Source of the DNA: a virus
Direction: 5' to 3' (one strand)
Virus record (IMG/VR): IMGVR_UViG_3300025585_000026
Length of the DNA stretch: 32,802 nt
Positions within the stretch are counted from its first letter, which is position 1. The number at the start of each line of letters is the position of its first letter. Positions 13,599 through 23,726 of this stretch are shown one piece after another. Below the pieces are notes generated by a model, which worked only from the letters and a program-made list of their open reading frames with translations, was not told the DNA's origin and searched no databases. The position numbers and the translations under genes are program-made.

Positions 13599-15019
13599 GC
13601 TTCTAGTGCCAAGACACGAGCTTCAAGAGCTTCAACTTTGGCGTTTAGTTCTTTAATTGCAGCGGTCAGAATTGGCGTAATCTTGCCGTAGTCAACTCCT
13701 TGGTATTTAGGTTGTCCGTTTTCGTCAATATCATCTTTTATGCCGGAAACAGCGTGAGGAAAGACTTCTGCGACTTCATGGGCGATAAAGCCTTCGGATG
13801 ATTCAGAGCTGTCAATCCAATCGAATGAAACGGGCTTTAGCTGCAACGTCCTTTGCAATCCGTCGGCTATCGGTGCTACGTTTTCCTTTAATCTATAATC
13901 AGACGAGGTATTATAATTTACAGCGTTCGTGGTCGTAACTCGTGTAACAGATCCGCAAATTCCATTTGTTGAGTTTCTAAAAACTGCGAAGGTAGTACCG
14001 CTGGTGTCGTTGTTGTCTCTGATGCCAAGACCATTTTGAGTCGCATCATACGCAAGGCACATTCTATCTGCGCTAAAATTGGTGGTAGTATTTACGAATA
14101 GAAAACCTCCGGCAGTAATTCGCATCCGTTCGCTAGCGGTGCCTGCGCCATCTGCTGTTGTAGCAAAGGTAATACGTCCAGGCATATCATTTGAAGCGCC
14201 AGGAGTTCCGTCACACCATCCAGCAACGTATGCGGCTTCCGTAAATCCTGTCCCGTTCGCACCGGAAAAACGTAAAACGCCTAAAATATCTCCGCTTTGC
14301 ACAATGGTATTAGTGCCAACAGTAGCACCACGAGATTTTGCAAAATCTATTTGAGTTCCTCCGGTATCAGCACTAAATCTAGTAATTTGACAGCGAGTAG
14401 CTGTACCAGCTACCTCAAAGTCATAAGTCGGCGCAGTAGTCCCAATACCTACACGATTGTTAGTGCGATCTACAAACAATGGAGCTTCTGCAATGTTTGT
14501 AATTTGGAAGTTAGTTCCATCATAAACAACACTAACCATGTCGTTGGCTTTAAACTCATTACCAGCAAGTGCAGTTCCCTGACGCTGCATAGTTGTTGCA
14601 GCAGTTCCATCAATCTTTAATGTAGCTGCGGCACCGTTAGCTGCGTTAGCTTTAAACACATATTGAGCACCAGTTGTAAGAGCTGTAATGGTTGGCGTAG
14701 CTGTTACAGTAAATGCTGTGGATGTTCCACCAGTAGTACCAAGATATGAAGATGTATTGTCTTGTACTTGAGCTACAGTAGCAGCATCATTTCTAGCTGT
14801 TCCAGCACCAACATTAGTTATGCGATTAGCACCAAGATTAAGATTACCAGTAGCAGCGTTAGAACCATCTTTGTTCAAGCATTGGTTAATACCATTTTGG
14901 AAGTCATCGTCCTGCGTGTCGTGGCGTCCTGCTTCAATGCCGATACCTAGCGAAGCATCGCCAGTCCAACCGTTAGTGCCGTAGTTTCCTTTGCGGTATG
15001 TTCCACCTGACCAGCCCAT
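13595..15019 (-). CDS. tail fibre with C-terminal intramolecular chaperone (peptidase S74) domain
   Basis: 474 aa. The C-terminal ~102 aa, SDYRLKENVAPI...LKPVSFDW...GFIAHEVAEVFPHAV...YQGVDYGKITPILTAAIKELNAKVEALEARV, is the autoproteolytic chaperone signature. The N-terminus shows a tail-fibre pattern (GINQCLNKDGSNAATGNLNLGANRITNVGAGTARNDAATVAQVQ). Confidence 0.88.
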   Translation of the reverse strand: MGWSGGTYRKGNYGTNGWTGDASLGIGIEAGRHDTQDDDFQNGINQCLNKDGSNAATGNLNLGANRITNVGAGTARNDAATVAQVQDNTSSYLGTTGGTSTAFTVTATPTITALTTGAQYVFKANAANGAAATLKIDGTAATTMQRQGTALAGNEFKANDMVSVVYDGTNFQITNIAEAPLFVDRTNNRVGIGTTAPTYDFEVAGTATRCQITRFSADTGGTQIDFAKSRGATVGTNTIVQSGDILGVLRFSGANGTGFTEAAYVAGWCDGTPGASNDMPGRITFATTADGAGTASERMRITAGGFLFVNTTTNFSADRMCLAYDATQNGLGIRDNNDTSGTTFAVFRNSTNGICGSVTRVTTTNAVNYNTSSDYRLKENVAPIADGLQRTLQLKPVSFDWIDSSESSEGFIAHEVAEVFPHAVSGIKDDIDENGQPKYQGVDYGKITPILTAAIKELNAKVEALEARVLALEA

Positions 15020-15026
15020 AAATCAC

Positions 15027-17306
15027 CTATGCTTTACCCAATACAGACTTTATATTTACGCCTAACTCTTGAGGATCAAGATTTAAAGCATTTACAATAT
15101 CACCAACCGTAAACTTTTGCTTAGAACCGTACTTTGCTAAAACTTTGTCTAGTTTTGATTGACCAACAGCATCTGCAATTTTAGCTAAATCATAATCATC
15201 ATACTTTGACAGATTCTTATCTGTCGTGGTTCTAACTATATCACTTTCTGCAACCGTATTATTTGAATACTCGTTACGCTTTGTGATTACTTTGCTTACA
15301 TATTTCCTAGTCTCTGCTGGAACGTATGCTACTTCTAAAATGTTTTCCCAAGTTGGTTTCAATCCTTCTTTCTGCGTTCTAGCAATAGCTCGTTGCAGAT
15401 TACCTGGACCCCAATTATATGCTGCCAATGCTAGTTTCTCATCGCCAAACTTATCCATCATTTGATTGATATAGCGTGTGCCACCTTCAATGTTCTGCAC
15501 TGGATCTGTTGGGTCTACGCCAAGTGATTTAGCAGTCGCTGGCATTAACTGCATCAAGCCAGTAGCTCCTTTCTTGCTTTTAGCTTGAGGCTTACCAGCA
15601 GATTCAGTCTGAATAATAGCTTTGATAAGCGGAGGTTGATTGCCGATCAAATCACTGATGTTTTGTTTTTCAGGAACAACAACTTGCCTACCAAGCGTAC
15701 CAAGTAGTTTTTCAACTTCATCAGCAGTAAATGTTGGGGTTGGTTCTTTTGGAACTTCAACTAACTTGCCACTTGTAGTTAGTTCTAACTTTGTTTCAGA
15801 AGGCTTAATGTAAGGCGTAGCAAGTTGAGCAAATGTTCTGCCAGTACCACCTTCAGTAAGAGCATATCCAAGTTTAGATGCTATCTGCTGAACTGCTGGA
15901 TCCTCCATGATTGTAGCAAGATAGTTTTTGCCAGCTTGTGAGCGTCCAGCTTGCATCAATGCGCCAGCAAGCGCAGGAACAACATTACCGCTTTGAGTGC
16001 TCATTTGTGCAAGGGTACCAGCACCACCAGATGTTCTAGCCTGTCCAGCAATATCCTCCATCACATTACCAGACAAAACTTTTCCAGCTTTGCCAAGGAA
16101 CGCAGTTGATAAATCAGCAGCATCGCCAAATTGTTTGTTAAGTGTTTTGACAGTTTGTAGAGCTTCTTCTGGAACTTTGCCAAGTTTAGCCAATATTCCA
16201 AGTCTATTCTCTATCTCCTCTCGCAAATCTTGTCTGATTGCTTTTTGTACTGTTGGAGTGAGAGGACTCTGATCCCAAGCATAGTTAAGACCAGTTTTTG
16301 CTTTTTGCAAATCAAGCAAACTACCACCTTCCTCAAACTGAGAAATGATAGCATCTCGCTCTTTCGTTATTAGCTTTTGCGCTTCTTCCTTCGCAGTACC
16401 ACCAAGATTAGAAAGGTACTTGTTTACATTCTTCATTTGGAAATCTGCAAATGGGTCTGCAAGTTTATTTGCATCCTCAAGTACAGTTCCAAGTTCGGCA
16501 CCAAGTGTACGCTTATAAACCTCGATGTTTGCAGCATTAGTCAAAACATCTGCTTCGGGATTTATAAGACCTTTGCTCTCCAAAGACTTTAATGTTTGAA
16601 CAACTGGAATCTTTTCCGCTGATGGAATACCAGCTTTCTTAGCTACATACTCTTTGATGTTTCTGCTTACATCCGCAGGACTAAGATTATACGCAGATAG
16701 TTTCATTCTATCAGCTTCGGTGCCAAGTCTAGTTAAAAATCTGCCACCTACATTTGAAACAACTGAGCCAGCAGTTCCAAGTGCGCCAGTAAGTAATCCA
16801 GTTGAAATCCGTGAATCTCCTTCGCCAGCTCCATATCCAGCTACAAATGCTTGTGATGGGACACTAGAAACAAGAGCTTGAACTACTTTACCACCAGGGA
16901 CACTAACAGCTTTTTCAACAACAGGCTGAACGAGTTTTCCAACAGTGCTAGTAGCAGTTCCAGTTTTGCCAACTTGTCCGATAGCTCCAAGAGGATTAAG
17001 AACTAATCCACTCGCAATAGGTAATGCAGTTGAAACTACTGGCGATGATGCAGAAAACGCTTTGTTTTGAGCAGCTATATCAGCCAACTCTTGCTCATAA
17101 GAGCGACCAGAAAACAATGAAGCAACTTTAGCCTCTGCCTCATCTGCAAGATTAAATGTTGGTCCTGCTAAATAAGAACGAGCATAGCCAAGCACCTTAT
17201 CAAGCGTTGGTCCATAAGATGTAGGAGCAACTGTAGGAGTAACAGGCTTTCCAAGTGCCGCTAACGATGCTTCAATATCCGCTGCTTGATTATTTGGATC
17301 CGCCAT
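15027..17306 (-). CDS. internal virion protein with lytic transglycosylase (SLT) domain
   Basis: 759 aa. IIQTESAGKPQAKSKKGATGLMQLMPATAKSLGV...GGTRYINQMMDKFGDEKLALAAYNWGPGN is the SLT catalytic E-S ... GLMQ ... AYN signature, at roughly nt 15385-15615. Confidence 0.85.
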   Translation of the reverse strand: MADPNNQAADIEASLAALGKPVTPTVAPTSYGPTLDKVLGYARSYLAGPTFNLADEAEAKVASLFSGRSYEQELADIAAQNKAFSASSPVVSTALPIASGLVLNPLGAIGQVGKTGTATSTVGKLVQPVVEKAVSVPGGKVVQALVSSVPSQAFVAGYGAGEGDSRISTGLLTGALGTAGSVVSNVGGRFLTRLGTEADRMKLSAYNLSPADVSRNIKEYVAKKAGIPSAEKIPVVQTLKSLESKGLINPEADVLTNAANIEVYKRTLGAELGTVLEDANKLADPFADFQMKNVNKYLSNLGGTAKEEAQKLITKERDAIISQFEEGGSLLDLQKAKTGLNYAWDQSPLTPTVQKAIRQDLREEIENRLGILAKLGKVPEEALQTVKTLNKQFGDAADLSTAFLGKAGKVLSGNVMEDIAGQARTSGGAGTLAQMSTQSGNVVPALAGALMQAGRSQAGKNYLATIMEDPAVQQIASKLGYALTEGGTGRTFAQLATPYIKPSETKLELTTSGKLVEVPKEPTPTFTADEVEKLLGTLGRQVVVPEKQNISDLIGNQPPLIKAIIQTESAGKPQAKSKKGATGLMQLMPATAKSLGVDPTDPVQNIEGGTRYINQMMDKFGDEKLALAAYNWGPGNLQRAIARTQKEGLKPTWENILEVAYVPAETRKYVSKVITKRNEYSNNTVAESDIVRTTTDKNLSKYDDYDLAKIADAVGQSKLDKVLAKYGSKQKFTVGDIVNALNLDPQELGVNIKSVLGKA

Positions 17307-18474
17307 ATTTTAAATTCCTGTAATCGTTTGCCAGCTTATCAAGCTCTTGGTTTTCTTGCAGAGTAAGATTGTCTTTGCCTTTTGCGCTTAATTGACTCAG
17401 CCTAGTAGCTATTTCATTTAACTTTGATTGATCCATTCCTGTAGCTTGCGCTGGTGGAGTAGTTGTTCCTGCTGTTGTCTTGCCTGTGCTTGTTTGCTTT
17501 TTAGATAGTGAATTGATTACTTCTTCAAATGTTGGAGCATCACCAAGATATGAAATAGGATGCTTACCTAGTCCACGATCTTTAGCTAAGTTGTCATAGA
17601 AGGCTTTTGTATCATTATATGAATTAGCTTGAGCCTCATACGAGCGTTGAGCTATTCGCAAAATTCCTTCTCTTACCTCAGTTCCTAGTCCACCTTCGCC
17701 ATTAACTGCTTTTTGTAAAGCTCCTTTCCATTGTTCTGGAATACTTTGGCTGCTCATGATTGCAGCTTGTTCACCTTCTCGTACTGCCATTCCTGGTTCA
17801 ATCAACTGAACAGCTCGACGCACAAGTTCTTGAGTAGCAACAGCGGAGGGATCCTTAACAGCTTGTCCAACTACAGCAGCAGCATTTTTAACTAAACTAA
17901 AGTTTTTAACCTCTGGAAGTGCGTTAAACTGGCTGCGAATCTTGTCATATTCTTCAGCTTTCTTTGTTGTTAAAAATCCGTCTCCTGATGTACCCGTACC
18001 ACCAAACAAACTTTCCTTACCAGTTGGAATCAATCCTTGCTCGATGCCTTTAAGCATCAACTGTTGATTAAACTGTTGTTCATTTGCTTTAGCTGCAAGT
18101 TCATTCTGTAAAAGAATAGGATTAATATCAGTCAATCGACTAAGCACATTAGTTGGCGTATCTTGCTGTTCTAATGCTTTTAGGAATGTTGCTCGCTCTG
18201 CTGCTGGCTTTGCAATCAACTGCGTAGCTAAGTCTGATGCCTGAATTGATTCTTCTGTAGCTTGCTTCTTAGCTTGATAGCCAAGCAATCCAGAAAGCAA
18301 CGCTTGACCAAGTGCAATGCCAAAGTTAGCACCAGGCTTACCGTAAGGATTATACAGCGATGGAGCAGCTTGAGTTAGACCAAGTAATGCTATGCCGTAA
18401 GGATTTTCAGCGCCAGTAATACGCAATCCGCTAAGGGCATTTCCAAGAGTAGTAGGTGTTGTTGCATCTGCCAT
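17290..18474 (-). CDS. virion-internal/ejection-type structural protein (hypothetical)
   Basis: 394 aa, Ala/Gln/Leu-rich and helical. Sits between other internal-protein-like genes. Confidence 0.5.
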   Translation of the reverse strand: MADATTPTTLGNALSGLRITGAENPYGIALLGLTQAAPSLYNPYGKPGANFGIALGQALLSGLLGYQAKKQATEESIQASDLATQLIAKPAAERATFLKALEQQDTPTNVLSRLTDINPILLQNELAAKANEQQFNQQLMLKGIEQGLIPTGKESLFGGTGTSGDGFLTTKKAEEYDKIRSQFNALPEVKNFSLVKNAAAVVGQAVKDPSAVATQELVRRAVQLIEPGMAVREGEQAAIMSSQSIPEQWKGALQKAVNGEGGLGTEVREGILRIAQRSYEAQANSYNDTKAFYDNLAKDRGLGKHPISYLGDAPTFEEVINSLSKKQTSTGKTTAGTTTPPAQATGMDQSKLNEIATRLSQLSAKGKDNLTLQENQELDKLANDYRNLKYGGSK

Positions 18475-18482
18475 TGTAAATC

Positions 18483-19448
18483 CTATTTTAACAACTGATT
18501 TGTTACGCCAACACCTATGCCAGTTCCAATACCTTGAGCTGCACTACTCCAAGGATTTGGTCGTGGTTGTTGTCCATATTGTCCCATAGCTTGCGCCGCT
18601 GCTGCATCTCGCATTGCGTCTGCTTGAATTTGTGCTGCTCTTATAGAAGCTCCACCACCAGCTTTAGCCATACGCTCTTGAGCTTGACGATTTAACTCAG
18701 CTTGTTGTGCCTCTGTTCTAGCTGCAAATCCTAACTTCCAAGGCTCAGAACCAAGTTGTCCAATCTGAAATGGCAACATGCGACCAGCTACATTTTGTGT
18801 AAATCCTTGCTGTTGATACTCAGCACCTTGCGTAAATGCTTGGCTCATAGCGTTCTGCCTAGCAGCGTTTTGCGAATCATTAAGCATCTTCATTTGAGCT
18901 TGATACGCACCACTATTAGGATCTATTCCTTGCTCTGCCATGCGCTGACGAAGTTCCATCTGCTGTCGCTGAAACTCTGGACCCATTGTACGTTCAAACT
19001 GACCCATTACGTTCTGACGAGCTGACTCAAGTTGGCTTGAAAAATCTGGCATACCTTGTGCAAGGCGTTGCTGTTCTTGTGCCCAAGCCTCATTCAAATA
19101 AGCACCGTAATCAGTTCCCATTTCTTGAGCTTGCTGTTCTGGTGTAAGACCTCTAAATGCCGCTTCAGGAGTTCCAGGAGTAGCACCAGGCGTTCCACGC
19201 TGCTGATACTTGTTGATAGCGGTATTGATACGGTTAGTATTGTATCCGAGCTGCTTACCAGTTCGATTGATAGTAGCAATCGCCGCAGTATGCTCAGGAG
19301 AACCAACCATTAAGCTACCAAGATTGCGAACTGTAGAAAGATAAGTTTCTCTAGCTTGAGTCTTAGCCGCAGTTGGATCAACCTTTGGCTTGCTAGGAGT
19401 CTTAGTTAATGCGCCACCTGCTGGTTTAGTAGTCTTTTTAGCTGCCAT
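18483..19448 (-). CDS. Gln/Ala-rich internal virion protein (hypothetical)
   Basis: 321 aa from the ATG at 19448 (MAAKKTT...), 1 nt after the upstream stop. The track start at 19463 is a GTG. Confidence 0.5.
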   Translation of the reverse strand: MAAKKTTKPAGGALTKTPSKPKVDPTAAKTQARETYLSTVRNLGSLMVGSPEHTAAIATINRTGKQLGYNTNRINTAINKYQQRGTPGATPGTPEAAFRGLTPEQQAQEMGTDYGAYLNEAWAQEQQRLAQGMPDFSSQLESARQNVMGQFERTMGPEFQRQQMELRQRMAEQGIDPNSGAYQAQMKMLNDSQNAARQNAMSQAFTQGAEYQQQGFTQNVAGRMLPFQIGQLGSEPWKLGFAARTEAQQAELNRQAQERMAKAGGGASIRAAQIQADAMRDAAAAQAMGQYGQQPRPNPWSSAAQGIGTGIGVGVTNQLLK

Positions 19449-19449
19449 A

Positions 19450-21078
19450 TTATACCTGTCCACCTAAATCATAACGTACTTCAAAGCCAATAAATTGGCA
19501 TGGTGAATTTTTAATGCTTCCACCAAATCGAATAGCCGCACAATGTCCCTGCCCTGCTGTTGCAAAACGGTCAAAGATATAATCAATATCTGCTGACCAT
19601 GGTTGATAATATGCTGCAACTGTTATCGGTGGGACTGCTGGATCGCCAGGTACTCTATATGGAGTATATGCAGCTCCATTGCTTCCCCATTGAGAACCCC
19701 AAGCTGTAAATAGACTAATAGGTGTAGTAACTGAAGTAACAACCGCTTGTCGTTTAAAGTCCGTATCCAAGCCAAGGTTAAGCGTTAATCCTCGCTTTGC
19801 CTTCATTAGTGGTCGTATATCTTTGAAGGCTTTATAGTTGCCTCTACTGCCATAAAACGAAAACGCACACCGAGCTTGAAACGCTATAGACTCACCAGTA
19901 CCAGTGCCAACTACAGCATCAGCATAACCAGTCTCACCTTGATAAATCTTGCCAGTATTTGAGCCATAAAAAGGCAAGTTATTGTACTTGCAAGAAGCAA
20001 TACTGTGCTCTGTTGAATACAATGAAAACTGCGTCCATGCTTTGCTATCAATGCTATAAACAAGAAGGGTTGTAGTTGATGTTGAATCTGGCAAGGTAAC
20101 GTACACTCGTCGTCCCGCTGGATAGAAAAACCCATTCCACATCTCACTCAAAGCAACTTGTGTTGCATACTGAGTAATCAATGGATTTATTTTATAGCTA
20201 ACTACATTCAATGCTTGTTCTGGGTCTGTTTGAAACAATGCGGATACAGGGACAATACCTTGTTGAGTAATTATCCAAACATCTTGATTAACACGAATAA
20301 ATGCTTTTGCTCCAAGCGGCTTTCCTATAATGAAATGTGCTACAAGCGACCAGTTTGGATCATCCGGTGAATATCCAGAGTAAAGAACTATTTCTCCTTC
20401 GCTGGATACAGCCATAAACAAATCTTGCGATGTCTGAGCTGTCTGATTTGTATAACTGTTAGTAAAAAGAAGATAACCACCACGACGAAAGATGCCACTA
20501 AAGTCGTATGATTTGAGAGTAGAAGAAGCACCAACAAAAGTTGCGTTTTCTGTGGCGTGATACCACATCAACATTGAATTCTTTTCAACAAAGTATAGCC
20601 GCAAGCGATAAGAAGATACGTTGCAAAGTTTTGCCAAACCACCAGAAGGACCACCACCAGCATTTATATCTGCTGCTACTCCTGTTCCTGTATAAACTTG
20701 TGGAACATCCAATCCGCTGTTGTTAGCAACATAAAAGTTTCCACGGAACATCTCCTTGTTCCATGCACCAGAATTATAACCTCCAACCTTGCTGATATTA
20801 GTTACAGTGCCAGTGCTATTGATTGAATATAGCTTTGTACTTTGTGCTGCGATTAGTTGAGCTGTTCCATCTTGCAATGGATATTCGTGCATGAATTGAA
20901 CAGGTGATGCAGTTCCTAAATCAGCAAATTGTTTATATCCAAGACGTACTGTTGGAGCACCAGCGCCAGGAAAGATATTTACAAGTTCCAATGCACTTGT
21001 TGGCTCCATGTTATCAATAGGAGTCACCAAGTCCAACCCATTGGATGGTGGTGGCATTGTATAACCTTGGAGCGCCAT
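19450..21078 (-). CDS. large virion structural protein, possible tail tubular/nozzle protein
   Basis: 542 aa, beta-rich and aromatic/Gly-rich. Assigned from its position in the tail/internal-protein region and its size only. Confidence 0.35.
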   Translation of the reverse strand: MALQGYTMPPPSNGLDLVTPIDNMEPTSALELVNIFPGAGAPTVRLGYKQFADLGTASPVQFMHEYPLQDGTAQLIAAQSTKLYSINSTGTVTNISKVGGYNSGAWNKEMFRGNFYVANNSGLDVPQVYTGTGVAADINAGGGPSGGLAKLCNVSSYRLRLYFVEKNSMLMWYHATENATFVGASSTLKSYDFSGIFRRGGYLLFTNSYTNQTAQTSQDLFMAVSSEGEIVLYSGYSPDDPNWSLVAHFIIGKPLGAKAFIRVNQDVWIITQQGIVPVSALFQTDPEQALNVVSYKINPLITQYATQVALSEMWNGFFYPAGRRVYVTLPDSTSTTTLLVYSIDSKAWTQFSLYSTEHSIASCKYNNLPFYGSNTGKIYQGETGYADAVVGTGTGESIAFQARCAFSFYGSRGNYKAFKDIRPLMKAKRGLTLNLGLDTDFKRQAVVTSVTTPISLFTAWGSQWGSNGAAYTPYRVPGDPAVPPITVAAYYQPWSADIDYIFDRFATAGQGHCAAIRFGGSIKNSPCQFIGFEVRYDLGGQV

Positions 21079-21080
21079 TA

Positions 21081-21671
21081 TTAAATGTTTCCTCTATAAA
21101 ATGGAGACTGTGGCATCATTGTTTGTTGTTGTAACTGTTGTTGGTTGTCAGAAAACTGTTGGTTTTGCAGCATTGCTGGACCTTTGCCAAGACCAGCTAT
21201 TCCTTGTCCAAATCCATTTTGGAAATAATTGAAATTTTCATTTTGCATTGGGAATTGCATGGACGCTGGTTGATTATACATTCCAGTAAGCTCATTAAAA
21301 TTAGGAGTGCCGCCAGTGTAATACATAGCCTGTTCATCTTGTGGTAACGGTGCTGGTGGTCGGAATGTTGGTTGTTGTGGCTGCTGTCCAGGCATAGCTT
21401 GGAATGGAGGTTGTGGTCGTTGCTGTGGCTGTGGTCGCTGTTGTGGTCGTTGACCAGGCAAAGCACCACCAGATGAATTAACAAGCTGACCTTGTTGATT
21501 GCGATATACGCCAGGAGATAGACGTTGCAATCCTTTATTTTGTCCAATTCCTTGTGCTATTCCAGCCATAATACCACTTGGTGGTGGCTTGCCTACTGGC
21601 AATGATGTTACTCGTCCACCTCGTGGCGCTGCTGCTAATGCTCCTTTCAATGCTGTTCCTTTTGCTGCCAT
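21081..21671 (-). CDS. Gln/Pro-rich low-complexity virion protein
   Basis: 196 aa from the ATG at 21671 (AAGGActatATG). The track start at 21695 is a TTG. Contains QRPQQRPQPQQRPQPP. Confidence 0.5.
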   Translation of the reverse strand: MAAKGTALKGALAAAPRGGRVTSLPVGKPPPSGIMAGIAQGIGQNKGLQRLSPGVYRNQQGQLVNSSGGALPGQRPQQRPQPQQRPQPPFQAMPGQQPQQPTFRPPAPLPQDEQAMYYTGGTPNFNELTGMYNQPASMQFPMQNENFNYFQNGFGQGIAGLGKGPAMLQNQQFSDNQQQLQQQTMMPQSPFYRGNI

Positions 21672-21678
21672 ATAGTCC

Positions 21679-22872
21679 TTATTTTTTCTTTGCAAATTTT
21701 CTTAAAACATCTCCGATTGATTCTTTTCCTGGTTTTGCTTGAGGCGGTATTTGCACTTGTGGTGGGTTTGGTGCTGGAGGTCGCACTTGTGGACCAGGCA
21801 TCCCTGGTGCAGTTTGACCTGCTTGTTGGGCAAAGGTTGATCGACTAAGCATAGCGTTTATGTTAGCAAGAACATCTTTTTCAGACTTTGCGTTTGACGT
21901 CACTGCATTTACAAGCATACCAGTGTACTGCTCTGGTTTTACTTTGCCATCGACATCTTTATAAATGTTGCGAATCATTGGATCGATTTGCCCTACAGCA
22001 AAATTTGCTAAAGGATTTGAAAAGTCTACATCCCAAGCATTTCTGCTAGTTTTGCCATCGATGTTTTTACCTACGTTTTGATATTTAGTTTTGCCATCAA
22101 GCCCTACGTTGAATGTAGATCCATCAGCCAGTGTCACATTGTATTTGTCATCAGCAACTCCGGTCTCTTTTAACAATCCTCGGAAATCATCACGAAGTAG
22201 TTGAGCGTCTGACTTGCCAGTGGTCATCATTTTGCCAATGGAACGTTTGCCCATTAAGTTTAATGCCATATTTGGCAAAAACCCTGTAGTTACATTGACG
22301 CCCTGATTTATCCAGTCGGCTCTATCGCCCCGACCACGGAGGATGTCTTTCATTCCAGATTCCCACATGGTGCTTGCCATTCCAACGGCAAGTGCTACTG
22401 GAAGCGCCGCAGACGCCGCTGTGCTTAATCCTGCTGAACTAGCAGCTCCCGTTCCAGCTCCCGCTGCTCCTGCTGTCCCTGCACCTGCGGCACCAGCCGT
22501 TCCCGCACCTGCACCAGTTGCGCCACCTAGAGCACCTGCACCACCTAGCGCAGTTGGCATGGCTGTTGCTCCTGCTGTTCCTGCCCCGCTACCAAATAAT
22601 CCAGCTACATTTGGAAATCCTGCCATTGCTTCTCTAGCAACTAACAAACCTCCGATAGTTCCACCTGTTTGTGCTAATGCTGCATTTTGCTCTGCTGATG
22701 CTTGTTCTTCAGCTCTTTGTTGTGGAGTCTTTGGAGGTCCAAAACTAGCTTGAACAGCATTATACGCTTCCCAAGGACGAAATCCTTGAGATGTAAGAGT
22801 ATTGTAATAATCTTGCGCGTTCATACCTCTAGCTGGTGGTGGTGGTTTTTGCATTGCCATAATTAAGTCCAT
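21679..22872 (-). CDS. Gly/Ala-rich internal virion protein (hypothetical)
   Basis: 397 aa with a central GAGALGGATGAGAGTAGAAGAGTAGAAGAGTGAAS tract and a Pro-rich C-terminus. Confidence 0.55.
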   Translation of the reverse strand: MDLIMAMQKPPPPARGMNAQDYYNTLTSQGFRPWEAYNAVQASFGPPKTPQQRAEEQASAEQNAALAQTGGTIGGLLVAREAMAGFPNVAGLFGSGAGTAGATAMPTALGGAGALGGATGAGAGTAGAAGAGTAGAAGAGTGAASSAGLSTAASAALPVALAVGMASTMWESGMKDILRGRGDRADWINQGVNVTTGFLPNMALNLMGKRSIGKMMTTGKSDAQLLRDDFRGLLKETGVADDKYNVTLADGSTFNVGLDGKTKYQNVGKNIDGKTSRNAWDVDFSNPLANFAVGQIDPMIRNIYKDVDGKVKPEQYTGMLVNAVTSNAKSEKDVLANINAMLSRSTFAQQAGQTAPGMPGPQVRPPAPNPPQVQIPPQAKPGKESIGDVLRKFAKKK

Positions 22873-23726
22873 GTTCCAAATACTGCGGTGCCAGCACGAG
22901 CAAACAGTTCTGCTCTAGTATGACCACCAGCATAAATAATTTTACTAACTTGTTGCCGTGAGTAATCCTCATTCATCTGAACAAGGTATCGAGGTTGCAC
23001 TGTACTAAGTCCATGAATCTCAGCAAATCGCTCAAGCATACCCTGCTCAAGTGTTTTTTGATTAAATACTGTTTCATCACTATCAGCTAAGAAATCACTG
23101 TATGCGCCATTGTAATACGTCCAAGTAACTCCACCATCAGAAACAGAACCGCTTGTGTGAGTTGGAGGAGTAGCACCAGAAGTACCGCCAGCAGTAGTCT
23201 GGTAGTAGTTGCCATTGTAAAACGTATACGCATTAGAAGCGTATGCAGTTGAAGCTGCCCATATTGCAGGACGTACACAACGATCAGCAATATATTCAAA
23301 GATAATTACATTACCGTTCTGTGATGCTGTAGGAGTTGGAGAAATTAACAGCTCATTATTGGTAAGACCACGAATCTGAAAGCGTTGATATACAGTCGTA
23401 TTAAGACCATATCCACGAATTTCAGCATACTCTTGCGGAGACATTGGACCGAGAATCCTCCAACGTGTTGATGAATTCCAAAACGTCTCATAGTGATACC
23501 AAGAAAACGCTGATGGTAAGGCATACGTTGCTTGCCCTGCCACCAGCGTTATCGATGCAGATGCGTACATCTTAGACCAGGGAAACGCATCAGCAATTTC
23601 CCTGTTTATACGCTGTGCAATGACGCGCAGTTGCTTAGTAGTTGTTTCAGTCGAATTAGTCACACCGCTTTCAACAGTGTATCCTGCTTCGTTTGCTACG
23701 TTTTGAACTGCGGTTGCTAAACTCAT
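22863..23726 (-). CDS. virion structural protein, possible head-tail adaptor, with inserted TSGATPP...DGGVTW motif
   Basis: 287 aa. The N-terminal pattern (...INREIADAFPWSKMY...ATYALPSAF) resembles adaptor/neck proteins, which is a weak match. Confidence 0.35.
   Translation of the reverse strand: MSLATAVQNVANEAGYTVESGVTNSTETTTKQLRVIAQRINREIADAFPWSKMYASASITLVAGQATYALPSAFSWYHYETFWNSSTRWRILGPMSPQEYAEIRGYGLNTTVYQRFQIRGLTNNELLISPTPTASQNGNVIIFEYIADRCVRPAIWAASTAYASNAYTFYNGNYYQTTAGGTSGATPPTHTSGSVSDGGVTWTYYNGAYSDFLADSDETVFNQKTLEQGMLERFAEIHGLSTVQPRYLVQMNEDYSRQQVSKIIYAGGHTRAELFARAGTAVFGTWT

Noticed and set aside
22343-22753. 136-aa plus-strand ORF (PAPA-rich)
   Set aside because: It is the antisense reading of the Gly/Ala-rich tract in the 397-aa minus-strand gene, an artefact of low-complexity sequence.
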